61,770 nucleotides of DNA from an uncultured Methanosarcinales archaeon (GCA_964566535.1 CAZMIO010000006.1:1-61770), one strand, 5' to 3'; shown: positions 10,522-19,956, counted from the first letter of the stretch. Numbers and translations: made by a program. Notes: generated from the sequence alone by a model not told the origin.

Positions 10522-13500
10522 CATCTTCTGGTTCCTCTTCTGGTTCATCTTCACTATCATCACCATCATCCTGATCATCTTCTTCTCCATCGCCATCAGC
10601 GTCTAATAGCATCATACAATAATCAACTTCTGGTTCAAAGAGAGTATCTTTTGTTTTTACAAAGTTTGAAATTTCAAGGCCTGCTTCAGCTAAGATCATG
10701 GCTCCGTAGACACCACACTGGCTGCCCCAGTTCCATGCACATGAAATTGATCTATCTACATCAACTTCTGATGAAGGTGTTGGATCTTGGCAATGTTTTG
10801 CGCAAGCAATTGCTTTTTTAGTTCTGTAATACATGTATCCTGAAGCAACTGGGTTTCTAAGGACGTTTAGGATTTTTTTGATTGGCATGAGGAAATATAA
10901 TCCTGCATCAAACCCAGTTAACCATGCTATAGCTCCTTGAGTTTGACCGCTCCAATACAAACAGTTATTGTACCTGTCTCTATCATCGCAAGAGGATTTT
11001 GGCCAGCCTAATGGAATCATATCTCTATAGCAAACCGCTTTTTGGCAGTCTATCTGATTTTTCTTATGAAGATTGTAGATTATTGCTGGAATGCATCTGC
11101 ATGATATTGCGGCTGCCCAGCTTTGTTTTGCATAATCTAATGTGTCCATGTTGAATGATTGGGCGTTTGCTGAGGCTAATGCTCCTGCAAGTGTTGGTGC
11201 TCCTTTTGAATCAGTGAATTTTGAGTCAGGTGTATCTCTTATAATGTTACTCCACATATCTTTTGCATGATCTTGTACTGAAGTGCAGAAACCTCCACCA
11301 AATTGGACTTCATTATCAGTAAATGGAATTTTGGTTTTTTCTCCTCTACAAGTTATAAAGTTGCAGAAGCTGTCTATTATTGGCCTTAGTCCTTCTCCGG
11401 ATGATATTGTTGAGATTTCAGATACTTTTAAGGTGCCTTCAGTTGCATGAGCCGTTCCTAGTGATGCAGCGGCAGCAACTTGAGTGTCAATCACAGCCCC
11501 CATATTTCCTCCTAAAACTGCCAATGCGGAAGTAACTGTGCCGTAAACTCCTTTAAGTCCGCAGATTGTCTCTCCATATTTTAGATATTTGTTTAATGTT
11601 CCGATTGTTTTGTCCATGTCGGAGATATCATCTATGATATTATCAACTTCATCCGTTATCTCTTTGCCAATCTCAGCTGTTTCGATTATTGGGATGTTGA
11701 CTCTAACTGCTTCAACTTCTGCAGTAGTATAGAGTTTTTCTCCGCATCTTGTTCTAAATTTGATGTTACATGGCTGGTTAACTCCAACATCATATTCTGT
11801 CCATTGTTCTGGGACTGAGAGTGGATTCATAGCTAATTGAATAAATCCACTGTAATCATTTCCAACTTGGTTATAATTTATTGTAGATCCTTGAGCACAA
11901 GCATCTCCTTCTAATTCCATACTAACAATCTCAACATCGTCTCCACAACCGCCATCATAATTTAGATCAAATGGTAATGTGTAATAGTAAACAGGACTGA
12001 CAAAAAATCTGAGAGTTTGCCTGTCAATTGGCTGAATTAAGCTAGTGTCAAAGGATAGATGGTATATTTCTGAAGGGGTTCCATCTACATTTTCATAAAC
12101 AGTAATTTCTTTTCTGGACTCTACTTCATTTCCAGAGTAATCTATGAATGTGAATAATAGATCTTTTTGGATAAAGCCAGGTTTTGTTATAGTAATATCA
12201 GTCCAAGTACAGATTACATAATTACCCTCCTTCTCACAAGGATTAGATATTTCTGAGACGTATTCATCGCCTAAGATTTCAAAGTTTCCAACTGCTTCTT
12301 TAATTCCAGATGGTTCAGAGAGGTTAGCTTTGATTGTTAAGGTATCTCCTGTTGAGATTCTGCCTTGAATTGAAACTATATTATTCTTCTGTGTTGCTTG
12401 CTCAATTTTGATATTGTTAACAACAGATCTTGAATTGTCAACCATAACTTCTTTCTCAAAATTAGTAGTAAAAGCATTTCCTAAGGCATCTTTGGAATCG
12501 GTTCCAATTGAAACAGTTAGTGTTCCAATGTTTAATGGAATACTATTAAATTCACATATCCAATTTGCTTCTTTATTACAACTAGATGCAGTATAAGTTC
12601 TTCCTGGAGTGTTAAGTTTAATCTCATCTTTTCTTAAGCCAGCTCCGTCTTCTCTTATTTCAGCTGTAAATGCGTTATCTGCTGATCTTGCAAAGAGTTT
12701 TCCTTCATTGTTTTCTGAGCCAGTTGTTAATGAAGTTACGGTAGGACCTTGGTTATCATAAGCTAAAGGAATATTGATTATCTGAGTTCCTAGGTTTCCA
12801 GCATTATCTAAAGCAGTAATTGTAACTTCTTTTGTTCCAGAATCTGATTCAGCTAATGAGATTGTTAATGGAGGGAATTTACAATTTTTTATTGCAGTAT
12901 CAGATGTAGTGGTACAAGTTGCTTTCAAGGCAGCACCTTGATTTAAGGATGAAAAGTCTCCTCGAACTGAAGCAGTATCTAAGTCAGCTCCAGAGATATT
13001 AACTGAAAATTCTCCAGTTATAGGAGAATCTTTGTATGCAGTAATGTCTAATCCTGAATTGTCAACTAACTTAAATGAAGTTGATATGATATCAACGCCT
13101 TGTTTGTCAATTATAATATCTACGCACATATCTTCATCTAATCTTGATTGTCCAGTTAAATCCCAAGGTTGAGGGCATAAGGAAATTTCTCCTTCTAATG
13201 AAGAGATATCAATTTCTTCCTGTCCAATCCATGTGCAGCTAGGAGCAGAGTTTTCAATTGTGGCAATAGGAGTATTTTGATTAGTGTTATCATAGATCTC
13301 TAGTTTTTCTATTCCTGAGCATTTTGAGGTGTCTCTATCTCTATTTGCATAATCTTCGATATTAAATGTAGCTACTACATTATCTCCGGATGTTATTTGA
13401 GGATTAATTGTAAATACAACTACTTGGGGTTCTAGATTGTCAATAACATAAGAGCCAGAATACGAATCAGCTAGGGTTAATAGTGCATCATCAGTGTAAG

Positions 13501-13822
13501 CATAGATATTGTAGGAATGAGCATCTTTTTCACCTGTTTCTGTAAATGAATAAGTACAAGCAATACCTTGGTCAATTGCGTGACATTCAGTAAATTCAGT
13601 TGAAACTGAATCATCCTGGTCTTTATATCTTACTCTTTGACTGTTTATTTCGTCAGCTACAATATCAGTGATAACTACGCTAACTTCTACATTATCTGAA
13701 GGTCTTACGATACCTTCCATATCATCTTGACCTTTAAGGGAAACTTCCCTTATATTTACAGCAAATGAGAATGGCATACTGAATATCAAAATTGCCATTA
13801 ATATTGAGATTATTTTTTTCAC
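10514..13822 (-). CDS. Large secreted protein, 1102 aa: Ig-like repeats, Cys-rich C-terminal domain, acidic tail
   Basis: Signal peptide; repeated D..GN / D...P.V Ig-type motifs; many Cys in the last ~350 aa; GTG start overlaps the upstream TGA. Confidence 0.85.
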   Translation of the reverse strand: MKKIISILMAILIFSMPFSFAVNIREVSLKGQDDMEGIVRPSDNVEVSVVITDIVADEINSQRVRYKDQDDSVSTEFTECHAIDQGIACTYSFTETGEKDAHSYNIYAYTDDALLTLADSYSGSYVIDNLEPQVVVFTINPQITSGDNVVATFNIEDYANRDRDTSKCSGIEKLEIYDNTNQNTPIATIENSAPSCTWIGQEEIDISSLEGEISLCPQPWDLTGQSRLDEDMCVDIIIDKQGVDIISTSFKLVDNSGLDITAYKDSPITGEFSVNISGADLDTASVRGDFSSLNQGAALKATCTTTSDTAIKNCKFPPLTISLAESDSGTKEVTITALDNAGNLGTQIINIPLAYDNQGPTVTSLTTGSENNEGKLFARSADNAFTAEIREDGAGLRKDEIKLNTPGRTYTASSCNKEANWICEFNSIPLNIGTLTVSIGTDSKDALGNAFTTNFEKEVMVDNSRSVVNNIKIEQATQKNNIVSIQGRISTGDTLTIKANLSEPSGIKEAVGNFEILGDEYVSEISNPCEKEGNYVICTWTDITITKPGFIQKDLLFTFIDYSGNEVESRKEITVYENVDGTPSEIYHLSFDTSLIQPIDRQTLRFFVSPVYYYTLPFDLNYDGGCGDDVEIVSMELEGDACAQGSTINYNQVGNDYSGFIQLAMNPLSVPEQWTEYDVGVNQPCNIKFRTRCGEKLYTTAEVEAVRVNIPIIETAEIGKEITDEVDNIIDDISDMDKTIGTLNKYLKYGETICGLKGVYGTVTSALAVLGGNMGAVIDTQVAAAASLGTAHATEGTLKVSEISTISSGEGLRPIIDSFCNFITCRGEKTKIPFTDNEVQFGGGFCTSVQDHAKDMWSNIIRDTPDSKFTDSKGAPTLAGALASANAQSFNMDTLDYAKQSWAAAISCRCIPAIIYNLHKKNQIDCQKAVCYRDMIPLGWPKSSCDDRDRYNNCLYWSGQTQGAIAWLTGFDAGLYFLMPIKKILNVLRNPVASGYMYYRTKKAIACAKHCQDPTPSSEVDVDRSISCAWNWGSQCGVYGAMILAEAGLEISNFVKTKDTLFEPEVDYCMMLLDADGDGEEDDQDDGDDSEDEPEEEPEDDE

Positions 13823-13980
13823 AGTTCTTTCAACTCTTTTTGTATTAAATCTAAGTCATACATCTTTTGTTCCATTAGTTCTCTAGCTAGCATTGATTTT
13901 TTCTTGCCTAGTTTTTTAGCTACTTTCTCAAGAAGTTCGTTTATCTCTTTTGATACTGTTATCCTTACTTGTATACTCAT
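13819..13980 (-). CDS. Ribbon-helix-helix (CopG/Arc-like) DNA-binding protein, 53 aa, absent from the ORF track
   Basis: MSIQVRITVSKEINELLEKVAKKLGKKKSMLARELMEQKMYDLDLIQKELKEL: alternating beta strand, helix, G.x.S turn, helix; TGA overlaps the next GTG. Confidence 0.85.
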   Translation of the reverse strand: MSIQVRITVSKEINELLEKVAKKLGKKKSMLARELMEQKMYDLDLIQKELKEL

Positions 13981-14001
13981 TTTGCCCTTTTTTTGTTCTA
14001 G

Positions 14002-14211
14002 ATTTGTACTTAATAGTGTACAAATATTTAAATGTTTCTATTGAAAGTTTGGTAGTTTATCCATTTTTAAGGATAAATGAAGTATATATGTGACTTTAAT
14101 TGTACTTAGTTTATACTTAATAGTGTATAAATTAGAATTGAACATGGTTTACTCTTAATATATATGGCTACAATTATACTTAGTTTATGCTAAATAGTGT
14201 ATAAATTAGAA
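14002..14211 (-). promoter_or_regulatory. Promoter (BRE/TATA AGAAAC-ATTTAAATA, ~14025-14039, minus strand) with three related palindromic operator-like sites (14002-14025, 14109-14132, 14183-14206)
   Basis: Consensus TTTRTRC-TWAATAGT-GTAYAAAT; copies 2 and 3 lie in 40-bp direct repeats. Confidence 0.75.
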
Positions 14212-14281
14212 ATGAAGTTGTTTTTAGAACAATAATGGGATTAGGTGTAATCGTTTGAGAACTAATTGGGAAAGGAGTTTT

Positions 14282-14497
14282 TTATTGTGCAGTTGCTAAC
14301 AAATTCTTAACATTTATCTCAGAAAGAGATTTAATAGGTATTCTCTTGCTAACATTAAGAAGCTCAATACCTAATATATTGTCTTTATCATCCATATCTA
14401 TAACTGTAAAATCATCTATTTTCTTATTTTTATTGAATTTTTCCTTTTGGAATTCAATATACATTGCATCTGCTTCCTTATCATAGCTTATTTCCAT
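14282..14497 (-). CDS. DUF2283-family small protein
   Basis: Signature ISYDKEADAMYIEF...VIDMDDKDNILGIELLNVSKR. Confidence 0.85.
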   Translation of the reverse strand: MEISYDKEADAMYIEFQKEKFNKNKKIDDFTVIDMDDKDNILGIELLNVSKRIPIKSLSEINVKNLLATAQ

Positions 14498-14550
14498 TTT
14501 GTGTTATAATCATATCTCTTTTATTAAATTTTTTGGTAATGATTGTTATC

Positions 14551-14814
14551 TTATGTAACTCCTTTTTCAACTTTTAATCTTAATTTATGACTTATATCTT
14601 CTTTGTAGATCCAGATTATTCCTTCTTTTAGAATAGCTATTTTACCACTCTTTTCTAAATATTCCAATATGGTGTTTAAAGTTGGCCTCATAATTTTTTT
14701 TGAAAGCCTTCTGTCTATTTCATTTTTTGATAGTGGTTCTACAGCTTTTTTAATTATTTTTTCTACATTTAATATTGTGTCAAGTCTTGGGTAATGTAGC
14801 ACTTCTCTTTGCAT
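14551..14814 (-). CDS. Small winged-helix DNA-binding protein (start probably ATG 14814)
   Basis: HYPRLDTIL...LSKNEIDRRL...TLNTILEYLEKSGKI...IIWI wHTH pattern; GGTGA SD precedes the ATG. Confidence 0.7.
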   Translation of the reverse strand: MQREVLHYPRLDTILNVEKIIKKAVEPLSKNEIDRRLSKKIMRPTLNTILEYLEKSGKIAILKEGIIWIYKEDISHKLRLKVEKGVT

Positions 14815-14825
14815 ATTTATCACCT

Positions 14826-14855
14826 TATAAGTATATACTATAGTATAAACTTATA
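14826..14855. promoter_or_regulatory. 30-bp near-perfect palindrome (putative operator)
   Basis: TATAAGTATATACTA|TAGTATAAACTTATA, one mismatch, directly upstream of the wHTH gene. Confidence 0.7.
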
Positions 14856-14928
14856 TAATATATAAATCTTTTGGTTCATTCCGTTAAAAACAACAACTTT
14901 TAAATATATTACAACTAAAAGTTAGAAT

Positions 14929-16077
14929 ATGGCAGATAAGAGACTGGTTTCTTACATTCAGGATAATCTAAAGAAAGGTTATGATATCAACACATTAAGG
15001 AAGTTTTTGTTCAAGAGTGGATATGCTAAGCAGATTATTGAGGGCGCAATCAAGGAAGCTTATTCTCCCACTATCAAGCATGAGATACATCTGTCCAAAT
15101 CTGCTTTAATTGGGATAAGTATATTTGTTATTGGATTAATTATTGCTTCAACTGTTTTGATTTTTAGGACTGATGGAGGAAGCAAACAATTATTAGATCT
15201 AAATTTGGATGTTATAACAAAAGTGGTTGAGGCGGAGGATGATGTTGAGTTTAATGTTAATCTGGTTAGTTTTGGAACTGATGAAAGGTATGATGTTGTG
15301 CTGAATTATAATATAGTTGATGATAATAACAAGATAATCACATTTAAGACAGAAACAGCTGCTGTTGAGACCAGGTCTTCTATCAGAAGCAAAGTAAATG
15401 TTCCTTCTGATATATCTCCTGGAAATTATATGTTAAAAGTAATTGCTAATTATAATGATCAAAGTGCAACTGCTTCGGATAGTTTTAGGGTTGTTGAGAA
15501 AAGTGTGAGTACAGCTCCTGTTGAATTAGACTGTGATGATGGAGATGTATGTACAAGAGATTCAATCTTTGAAGGAAGATGCGCTTATGATGTTATAAGT
15601 CCATGCTGTGGGGATGATGTTTGTGAAGGAAGTGAAGATTTTAATTCATGTTCCAGTGATTGTGAAGAGACTGTTGTTGTACCTTCAGTTCCCAGGGATG
15701 TGGAATTACCTCCAACTATACCAAGTTTAGAGAGGGCAAGGGAGTTAGCAGAGAGAAATCCTAATTCTGCTGTTAATTATTGTAATGGGTTGACTAACAG
15801 GGATAAATGTTATGCGGAGATAGCTAAGGTTGCAAAATCAATCAGTTATTGCGAAGATATTAGTGATGAGGATGATAGGGATGAGTGTTATTCAGATATT
15901 GCTGATATTAAGGGCGACAGTGATATATGTAAGAGTGTTGTTAGTTCAGCTACTAAGGATATCTGCTTTATGAACTTTGTTTCAGATGGAGATTATACAG
16001 TTTGTGGTGAGCTTACATTGAACTATCTAAAGAGTTCATGTATTCAAATGAAAAGGATATCAGAACTTAGACCATGA
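14929..16077 (+). CDS. Single-pass membrane protein: cytoplasmic 3-helix domain, TM, Ig-like domain, Cys-rich repeats
   Basis: TM at ~aa 58-80; CCGDDVCEGSE and repeated RD.CY...A......C..I motifs. Confidence 0.85.
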   Translation: MADKRLVSYIQDNLKKGYDINTLRKFLFKSGYAKQIIEGAIKEAYSPTIKHEIHLSKSALIGISIFVIGLIIASTVLIFRTDGGSKQLLDLNLDVITKVVEAEDDVEFNVNLVSFGTDERYDVVLNYNIVDDNNKIITFKTETAAVETRSSIRSKVNVPSDISPGNYMLKVIANYNDQSATASDSFRVVEKSVSTAPVELDCDDGDVCTRDSIFEGRCAYDVISPCCGDDVCEGSEDFNSCSSDCEETVVVPSVPRDVELPPTIPSLERARELAERNPNSAVNYCNGLTNRDKCYAEIAKVAKSISYCEDISDEDDRDECYSDIADIKGDSDICKSVVSSATKDICFMNFVSDGDYTVCGELTLNYLKSSCIQMKRISELRP

Positions 16078-16858
16078 ATTTTTCTTTGTTTTTTATCTTG
16101 CCTATTATTTCTGAGATGTAGAATCTTAGCCAAGCTATAGAGATTAGTACGATGATTGTGTAGATGATTATCTGGGGCCTTTTGTATGAGATTATGAATG
16201 GGTTTATTATGAAATAGATTATTGTAAGGATGACAATGTTAATTAAGTAGGGTAGGAATAGTAGGTGGAATTTTTTGATTCCAAGTTTTATTGTTTGGGC
16301 TATTGTTTTGAAAATCTTTTTTTCTTTGTTAAATGTAGTTAATAAAATCATTGTGAAGTATAATAATAAGATTGAAAAAATAATGATTGAAGATGTTTGT
16401 GTTTGGGTGTTTACTAACATGTACACTGCATAGAATATCAAAGCCCAGATTGCATACCATGTTAACCTTAACAGTAGGAATTTTTTGTAGAACTTTTTGT
16501 CCAACTTTGTTTTATGGATAATGCTCCAGATCTTTCCTTTGAAGTAAGTTGCAACTAGGTAAGTTGAGATTAAAGCAAGTAGGAGTGTGGCTACTATCTT
16601 TACAGTTATCATTCTGAATGTAGATAATGCTTCTTCGGCTTCTGGTTGAAGTGAGTTTAGTTTTGTAATATCTGTTGTTTGTATCTTTGCCATCAAGGTA
16701 GATGTTTCTTGAAGTTGGTAGGCGAAGAAAATTATTGAGAAATAAGTTAGGCCGATAATTAGGATTAATATTATGTAGAAGATGATGTCATTGAGAATAG
16801 TTAGTAGAAACTTTCTATCTAGGCTTTTGAAAGTTTTGGAAAATACTGAGTTTTTCAT
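16067..16858 (-). CDS. Polytopic membrane protein, 263 aa
   Basis: About 6 hydrophobic segments; starts 1 nt after the metG stop. Confidence 0.8.
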   Translation of the reverse strand: MKNSVFSKTFKSLDRKFLLTILNDIIFYIILILIIGLTYFSIIFFAYQLQETSTLMAKIQTTDITKLNSLQPEAEEALSTFRMITVKIVATLLLALISTYLVATYFKGKIWSIIHKTKLDKKFYKKFLLLRLTWYAIWALIFYAVYMLVNTQTQTSSIIIFSILLLYFTMILLTTFNKEKKIFKTIAQTIKLGIKKFHLLFLPYLINIVILTIIYFIINPFIISYKRPQIIIYTIIVLISIAWLRFYISEIIGKIKNKEKFMV

Positions 16859-16859
16859 C

Positions 16860-18833
16860 TTAACTTATCTTTGTGTTATCTTTGAATTTAGCTTCTTTGT
16901 CTGCTTTGATGTCTTCTTTGTCTGTTGCTAGAACTTGGTCATTGTATGTAATCTTATTGTCTTTTAGCAGGATTTCTAATTTAAGGAAATTGTCGAATGT
17001 GATTTGTTCTTCTGAAGATTCTAAGTCTCCTGCTTTTACTTTTGTTCCTGGTTCTGAGCCTTTTGCTAGTAGGACTCCACAAGTTTCTTTGTTCGATGCT
17101 GCTAGAAGCATGCCTTGGCTTTCTACTCCTCTGAGTTTGGCAGGTTTTAGGTTTGTTACTACAACTATCTTTTTACCTATTAATTCGTCTTTTTTGTAAT
17201 GTTCTTTTAGTCCTGCAACTAACTGCCGTTTTTCTGTTCCTAAGTCTATTTTTAGGACTAATAGTTTGTCAGCATCCGGATGGTCATTTACTTCTTTTAT
17301 TTCTGCTACTTTTAGGTTTAGCGGGAATTGTTCTTGTTTTGTTTCTTCCATTTTTTTGAATAACATCTCTGCTTTGTTGACTTTATGATTTTTTAAGTTG
17401 AAATTTAAGTCTTTCCATTTTAGGTCTGCTACATTTAGTTGTTTTTGTAGTTCTTCTGAAAATTTAGGCATGATAGGCCCTATTAGTATTGATAGATTCT
17501 TTGCAATGTTTATGCATGTTCCTAAAACTTTGTTTACTTTTGCTTTGTTTTTTTGTTTCCACGGTTCGTTATCTTGGAAATATTTGTTTCCGATTGCCGA
17601 TACTGCTAGAATCTCGTCAATTGCTTTTTTGAAATCAAATTTTTCGTAGGCTTTTTTAATTTGTTTTATTTTTTCTTCAATTTCTTTTGTTACTTTATTT
17701 TTGTTAATTGTTTTGAATTTTGAGTCATGGTTTTTGTTTGTGAATGAAATTACTCTGTAACAGAAATTTGATAGGTTGCCAACTAATTCGGTGTTTATTC
17801 TATCTACTAATATGTCTTCTGAATATTCTCCATCTCCTTCTAATGGCATTGCACTTAAGATGTAGAATCTTAATTGGTCTACTCCATATTTTTTTATCTG
17901 CTGGAATGGCTCAATTACATTACCTGTTGATTTGCCCATTTTTGTTCCTTTTGAAAGTATGAAACCGTGGACAAACAGTTTTTTTGGCAGTTGCAGGTTT
18001 GCTGATATTAACATTGCTGGCCAAAATGCTGCGTGGAACCTTAAGATATCTTTTCCAATTATGTGGATGTCTGCAGGCCATGTTTTTTTGAACTGTTGTT
18101 GGTCGGTTGAGTAGCCAACCCCGGTTATGTAGTTTGAGAGAGCATCGCACCAGACGTACATTATCTGGCTAGGGTCTTCTGAGACTGGGATTCCCCATGG
18201 TAAAGTTGACTTTGGTCTTGAGAATGAGATGTCTTTTGCTTCCTTTAGGAAAGATAGGATTTCGTTTTTTCTTGATTTTGGGATTACTTTGTAAACGTCT
18301 GATTGAATTATTTTTATAACTTTTTCTTTGTATTTTTCAAGTTTGAAGAAATAGTTTTCTTCTTCAACAGATTCAATGTCTCTTGTTGGGTGGTTTGGAC
18401 ATTTTCCATTTTCTAATTCTTTTTCTGTTTTGAATGCTTCACAGCCAGTGCAGTAAAGTCCTTTATACTTCTTTTTGTAGATGTCTTCTGATTCTACTAG
18501 TTTTTTCCATAGCTTTGTTGCGCCGGTGTAATGGACTTTTTTGTTTGTTGTTCTGATGAAGTTGTCGTATTCAATATTTAGCTGTTTGTATAGGTCTTTG
18601 AATACTGCAACGTTATTGTCTAAGAATTCTAATGTATCTTTTCCTTGTTTTTGAGCTGTTTGGTAGTTTTTTAATCCGTGCTCATCAGTGCCTGTCTGGA
18701 AGAATACGTCTTTGCCTAATAGTTTGTGGAATCTTGCCAGAGCATCTGCTTGGACGATTTCTAATGTATGCCCTAGGTGGGGCGATGAATTAGGATATGC
18801 GATAGCAGTAGTAATATAAAATTTCTTAGCCAT
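16860..18833 (-). CDS. metG: Methionyl-tRNA synthetase with C-terminal tRNA-binding domain
   Basis: FYITTAIAYPN, HLGH, GTDEHG, CxxC...CPNH knuckle, YVWCDAL, IGKDILRFH, KMGKS, HPDADKL...RGVESQGMLL. Confidence 0.98.
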   Translation of the reverse strand: MAKKFYITTAIAYPNSSPHLGHTLEIVQADALARFHKLLGKDVFFQTGTDEHGLKNYQTAQKQGKDTLEFLDNNVAVFKDLYKQLNIEYDNFIRTTNKKVHYTGATKLWKKLVESEDIYKKKYKGLYCTGCEAFKTEKELENGKCPNHPTRDIESVEEENYFFKLEKYKEKVIKIIQSDVYKVIPKSRKNEILSFLKEAKDISFSRPKSTLPWGIPVSEDPSQIMYVWCDALSNYITGVGYSTDQQQFKKTWPADIHIIGKDILRFHAAFWPAMLISANLQLPKKLFVHGFILSKGTKMGKSTGNVIEPFQQIKKYGVDQLRFYILSAMPLEGDGEYSEDILVDRINTELVGNLSNFCYRVISFTNKNHDSKFKTINKNKVTKEIEEKIKQIKKAYEKFDFKKAIDEILAVSAIGNKYFQDNEPWKQKNKAKVNKVLGTCINIAKNLSILIGPIMPKFSEELQKQLNVADLKWKDLNFNLKNHKVNKAEMLFKKMEETKQEQFPLNLKVAEIKEVNDHPDADKLLVLKIDLGTEKRQLVAGLKEHYKKDELIGKKIVVVTNLKPAKLRGVESQGMLLAASNKETCGVLLAKGSEPGTKVKAGDLESSEEQITFDNFLKLEILLKDNKITYNDQVLATDKEDIKADKEAKFKDNTKIS

Positions 18834-19926
18834 TTTTATTCCTCCTAATTCTTAATAGAATGTTTTCTTCTGCTGTTTTTAAATCTTCGCATCTTTTCTG
18901 ATGTTTCATGAAGGGTTTGATTAGTTTTAATATTCTTAGAAGATCTTGTTTCTTATTGATAGAAACTCCCCACATGTCTTGATTTTGATTATATTTACCA
19001 GCAATTGCTTCTAATTTATATATGCTATGAATGTTTAGTGTTTTTAGTTTTTTATGGGTAATCCTTAATAGATTTTTATCATATGACCTTATTCTTAGTC
19101 TTGCCCTACTGGAATAAACTCCTATGTTTCCTTCTGCATCGATGTAACCAGCTAAGAAAGCAAGAAAATATTTATCCTTTCTTAAAATCCAATCTTCGAC
19201 ATTATCTTTTTTAGGTAACAAGAAAGAGAAACTTTTGTTTAATAAGATTTCAAAACGAAAGACACCATTCTTATCTTCTTTGATATTGGGCTTACCATAT
19301 TCTCTAAAGATCCCATGAAGGAGATTAACCTGTTCAATCTTTGTAGTATTTGTTTTAACTTTAATTAATTTGTGATCCCTTTTTACATTTAAGTCACCCA
19401 ATCTAAATCCAATTAGGTATGCTTTTTCAATTAAATATCCACTGAAATCTTTTTTTGGATAAATTGTACAAGCTTCACTTAGGCTTCTTGTAGTTATCTT
19501 ATGATCCTTCATTTTGTCAAATATAATGCTAGGAGAGCAAGAATATTTCTCGGCTATTTTTGAATATGACAGTTTTTTATTGTGATAAAGATCAATCAAT
19601 CTTTCTTTTTGGATTGGTACTCTTTTGATTGGACGTGTTTTGATATTATATTTCACAAGTTTGCTATAAACTGTACGTGGACCACAATTCATAATTTTAG
19701 CAATCTTATATGTGGATAAGCCTTTGTTTATGTATAAATTCTCAAGAAGCTTTTTACTTGTCTTAATTGCTTTCTTTGGATATCTAATCTCTATTTTGTA
19801 TTCTTTTAATCTTTTCTGAATAACTGTAGGATCACATTTTAAGATTTTAGAGATGGTATATGTACTTAGTTGTTTATCCTCATATAATCTAACTAATTTT
19901 TTCCTTGATATTATTATTTTTTTCAT
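18826..19926 (-). CDS. LAGLIDADG homing-endonuclease-like protein with three N-terminal HTH repeats (start probably ATG 19926)
   Basis: Three L..LY....LS...IA.....S/P..V/I...L....I..R repeats; motifs AYLIGFRLGD and AFLAGYIDAEG; GGAGG SD; stop overlaps the metG start by 8 nt. Confidence 0.9.
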   Translation of the reverse strand: MKKIIISRKKLVRLYEDKQLSTYTISKILKCDPTVIQKRLKEYKIEIRYPKKAIKTSKKLLENLYINKGLSTYKIAKIMNCGPRTVYSKLVKYNIKTRPIKRVPIQKERLIDLYHNKKLSYSKIAEKYSCSPSIIFDKMKDHKITTRSLSEACTIYPKKDFSGYLIEKAYLIGFRLGDLNVKRDHKLIKVKTNTTKIEQVNLLHGIFREYGKPNIKEDKNGVFRFEILLNKSFSFLLPKKDNVEDWILRKDKYFLAFLAGYIDAEGNIGVYSSRARLRIRSYDKNLLRITHKKLKTLNIHSIYKLEAIAGKYNQNQDMWGVSINKKQDLLRILKLIKPFMKHQKRCEDLKTAEENILLRIRRNKNG

Positions 19927-19956
19927 TATAAACTCCTCCAGAGAACCCATCTTTGT

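Noticed and set aside
14098..14211. Two 40-bp repeats with a 34-bp spacer as a mini-CRISPR array
   Set aside because: Only two full copies, the third partial copy is at irregular spacing, there are no cas genes, and the position at a promoter fits operators better
14498..14550. Remnant of a DUF4258-like toxin upstream of DUF2283
   Set aside because: Too short to support
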